The notes under the pieces are model-generated. The model was given only the letters and a program-made list of their open reading frames with translations. It was not told where the DNA came from and made no database searches. Position numbers and translations under genes: made by a program. A stretch of 64,000 nucleotides of DNA. It comes from Amoebophrya sp. A120 (lineage: Eukaryota > Protista > Dinoflagellata). This document shows, in pieces, positions 61,699 to 64,000 of this stretch (positions are counted from its first letter, which is position 1; each line of letters opens with the position of its first letter). The stretch spans positions 1 through 64,000 of the forward strand of contig CAJINV010000020.1 in the NCBI GenBank assembly GCA_905178155.1, read 5' to 3'.

Positions 61699-63518
61699 GA
61701 TTTATTTCGAGCGGCCGTTGGGTCGTCGATGTGGTAAAGCTAAGTCGAGGAAATTTTCAAGTGTAGCTAGTAGTGCTATAAAGAGAAAAGTCAATCTGTC
61801 ATACTTAGACCAAGTCCAACGCAGAAACCTATAGCTGATGCGTTAAATTGATCATTGCATCAAAGAAGGGTAGTTGGCATCTGTGGTAGAAAAGAATGGA
61901 AAAGCCAAATATCAAAATTTTCCGTTAACGTTTCGCTAAAAAAAGTAGTTGTTCATTATGAGCATCATGTTGTGAAGGCTGTGAATAGTTCTACCGACTT
62001 GGTAGCATAGTCTGTTAGTGGCCTCACGTAGATCCACCACAGAAGTTCCATTTCCCCCTTCTCTTAGAAGTTGCACTCCCTTGTGGTAATTCAAATGATC
62101 CCAACACAACTCTAACTCTAAGTAGGAGCGTTGGCCACAAACAGAAATAATCCGATTCAGGTTGTTTAGTATTGACACGTCATTAGAGGATGCGAAACCG
62201 ATTTTTTTTCCCGGACTGTAGTTTTTCTAGTACCGAGGACAGTTTTACAGACTAAGCGGTTTTGGAGCTTTCTCACTTTATCATTATAGCCAATTCCAAT
62301 GAATCGTTTCAAGACTGTGCTGCAAAAATATTTTCCGACAGCTGCAAGGACTTCGATTCAAGTACCTTCAGCTTCACATAGGATCTGGTGTTTGTTCTGA
62401 ACAAAGCACAAGCTTTTCTTTTGCTACTTGGTTCGAAGCAGCACAGGCAAAAGGAAAACGAAGACAGCTTTCGACTGTGCCACCAGCGGCATTATGCTCT
62501 GTCAACGTTTCCATCTGTCAGTACGTTCTACTCTGCGTGTTCTTTACGGCGTCGACAGCAGAACTACTTCTGTGCCAGTTTGCAGCGGGTATGCACTTGT
62601 GATTCTCGTTTTCTATTTCCGGATCGAGCAAAAGCAGTAAGAAGTACAGTACGGTAAGCAGCACCAACAGCCCCGCAAAGGCACACAAGAGGTTACTGAG
62701 CCCGAGTACGTAGCACACTGCGAAAAAAACAAACGGAAGCAGGGAAGACCACTGGAAGATGGAAGAAGCCGCCATCTTGAATCGAATTATTCTCCGGCAG
62801 GTTAAAACTGGTTGGTACTAGGCGACGAAAATTATTTTTTCATCCATCGAAGATCATCATGGGCAAAGGTTCCATGATCGAGCTGTATCAATCCTCTTTG
62901 CGTCCACCGTTTGATCTATATGTTGTGAACTGCTTGGTGCAAGAACGTCGTTGGAATTCCCAAAAAACACTCAAACTTTGCGCCTCACGAACCTTCAGTT
63001 GAGTAGAACTGCCGCAAGAATACCATTAGTTACGCGGCGCCTGTGGTCTCTTAATACACTGGACCTGCTGCTCGAGCTGAACTGCATTGGCATCCACTAC
63101 TGTAACTGTAAGCTTGATCTTCATCTTGCACGTTGTTGACAATCACAGGCAGAAACCAATGATCACACCATCAAACTTGTGCAATCAATGGAAGTAGAAG
63201 TTGTGAAGCTTTCCTTTGCAATTAGGACGTGGACGTCAAACTAGGTTTACAATTTGAGTTTACATCATTTGAAAGCTTTTTTCAATTAATTTGTTCGCGG
63301 GTCGTGTAATGATTAATTTTGAAATTGAATACAAAAGCGAAAGTGCGCCTTCCAAGCATTCTACAGGTAGAGGTATGCGCATGCCAATAAAGAAATTGAT
63401 TTTCGTAGCAGAAGCGCAATTTGTACACAAAGAGAAAAGATTTTTAATTTCGGAATATGTCAATCTCGTAGGTAGTGGCGTACGTGAGGCCTCCACCACT
63501 TCACTGCACTACTATCAC

Positions 63519-64000
63519 TTAGCTCAGTTTTCGCTTAGTATCTACCCGCATCCATGAGTGGAGCAGCGCTGATGTCTCCTGCTCCGCCTCCGGAAAATCG
63601 ATAGCAGCGTCTTCTCGCGGCTCAGGATAGTAGTTCATTTGTTGGAGCGAAGAAGAATCTACTCCGGGCGTAGATGTTGTTGCATTTGTGCCGTTTACTT
63701 CGACGTTATTTCCCGTGGTACTGCTAGTATGATCTTCCCTATCTTCCGCTCGCATCTGCTCTGCTGCAGCTCCTGTAGAAGTAGTTGCGGCCGCTCCAGT
63801 CAAACCAGCTTCACCGCTCGCACCCGGAGAAGTACTGTCGTCCTCGACATCGACTATTTCATCAGCTTGTGCTGCTTCCCGCGCCGCACGACCACGGCCG
63901 CTGTTCTGCTTTTCACTTTCGCTTGAGGAGGACTTCCCGAAGGCAGCCCCCGCGGACTCCGTCAAACTGCCCGGGAAACCGACAGATGCACGCGGATCCG
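63519..64000 (-). CDS. Partial hypothetical low-complexity protein (runs off the window)
   Basis: Open Ser/Thr/Ala/Glu-rich frame. Confidence 0.4.
   Translation of the reverse strand, partial: DPRASVGFPGSLTESAGAAFGKSSSSESEKQNSGRGRAAREAAQADEIVDVEDDSTSPGASGEAGLTGAAATTSTGAAAEQMRAEDREDHTSSTTGNNVEVNGTNATTSTPGVDSSSLQQMNYYPEPREDAAIDFPEAEQETSALLHSWMRVDTKRKLS

Overview
Eukaryotic, intron-rich DNA. The non-canonical inverted-repeat introns together with dinoflagellate/alveolate-type genes suggest a syndinian such as Amoebophrya (inference). The well-supported genes are all on the minus strand: a ~7.73 kb tandem duplication carrying a myosin motor fused to a C-terminal CRAL-TRIO/Sec14 domain (copy 2 frameshifted), a RING/IBR-like protein, ETF:ubiquinone oxidoreductase, SF-assemblin, and a 1124-aa Zn-finger + dual-specificity phosphatase + actin-fragmin-kinase-like protein. 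About 22 coding interruptions are TIR elements ('introners') with a common grammar: TAT...ATA ends, a 5-bp target duplication and repeated internal GCAT(C/G/T)ACA motifs. In the junctions traced by hand, removing the element plus one duplication copy restores the reading frame. The most unusual structure is two loci where a 37-63 bp host sequence is repeated 4-6 times with largely unrelated 0.1-1.7 kb segments between the copies: the ETF-QO exon/5' splice site (40.0-45.0 kb) and an intergenic site (35.3-37.3 kb). This looks like serial, site-focused insertion with very long target duplications. No transposase, rRNA, tRNA or CRISPR array was identified.
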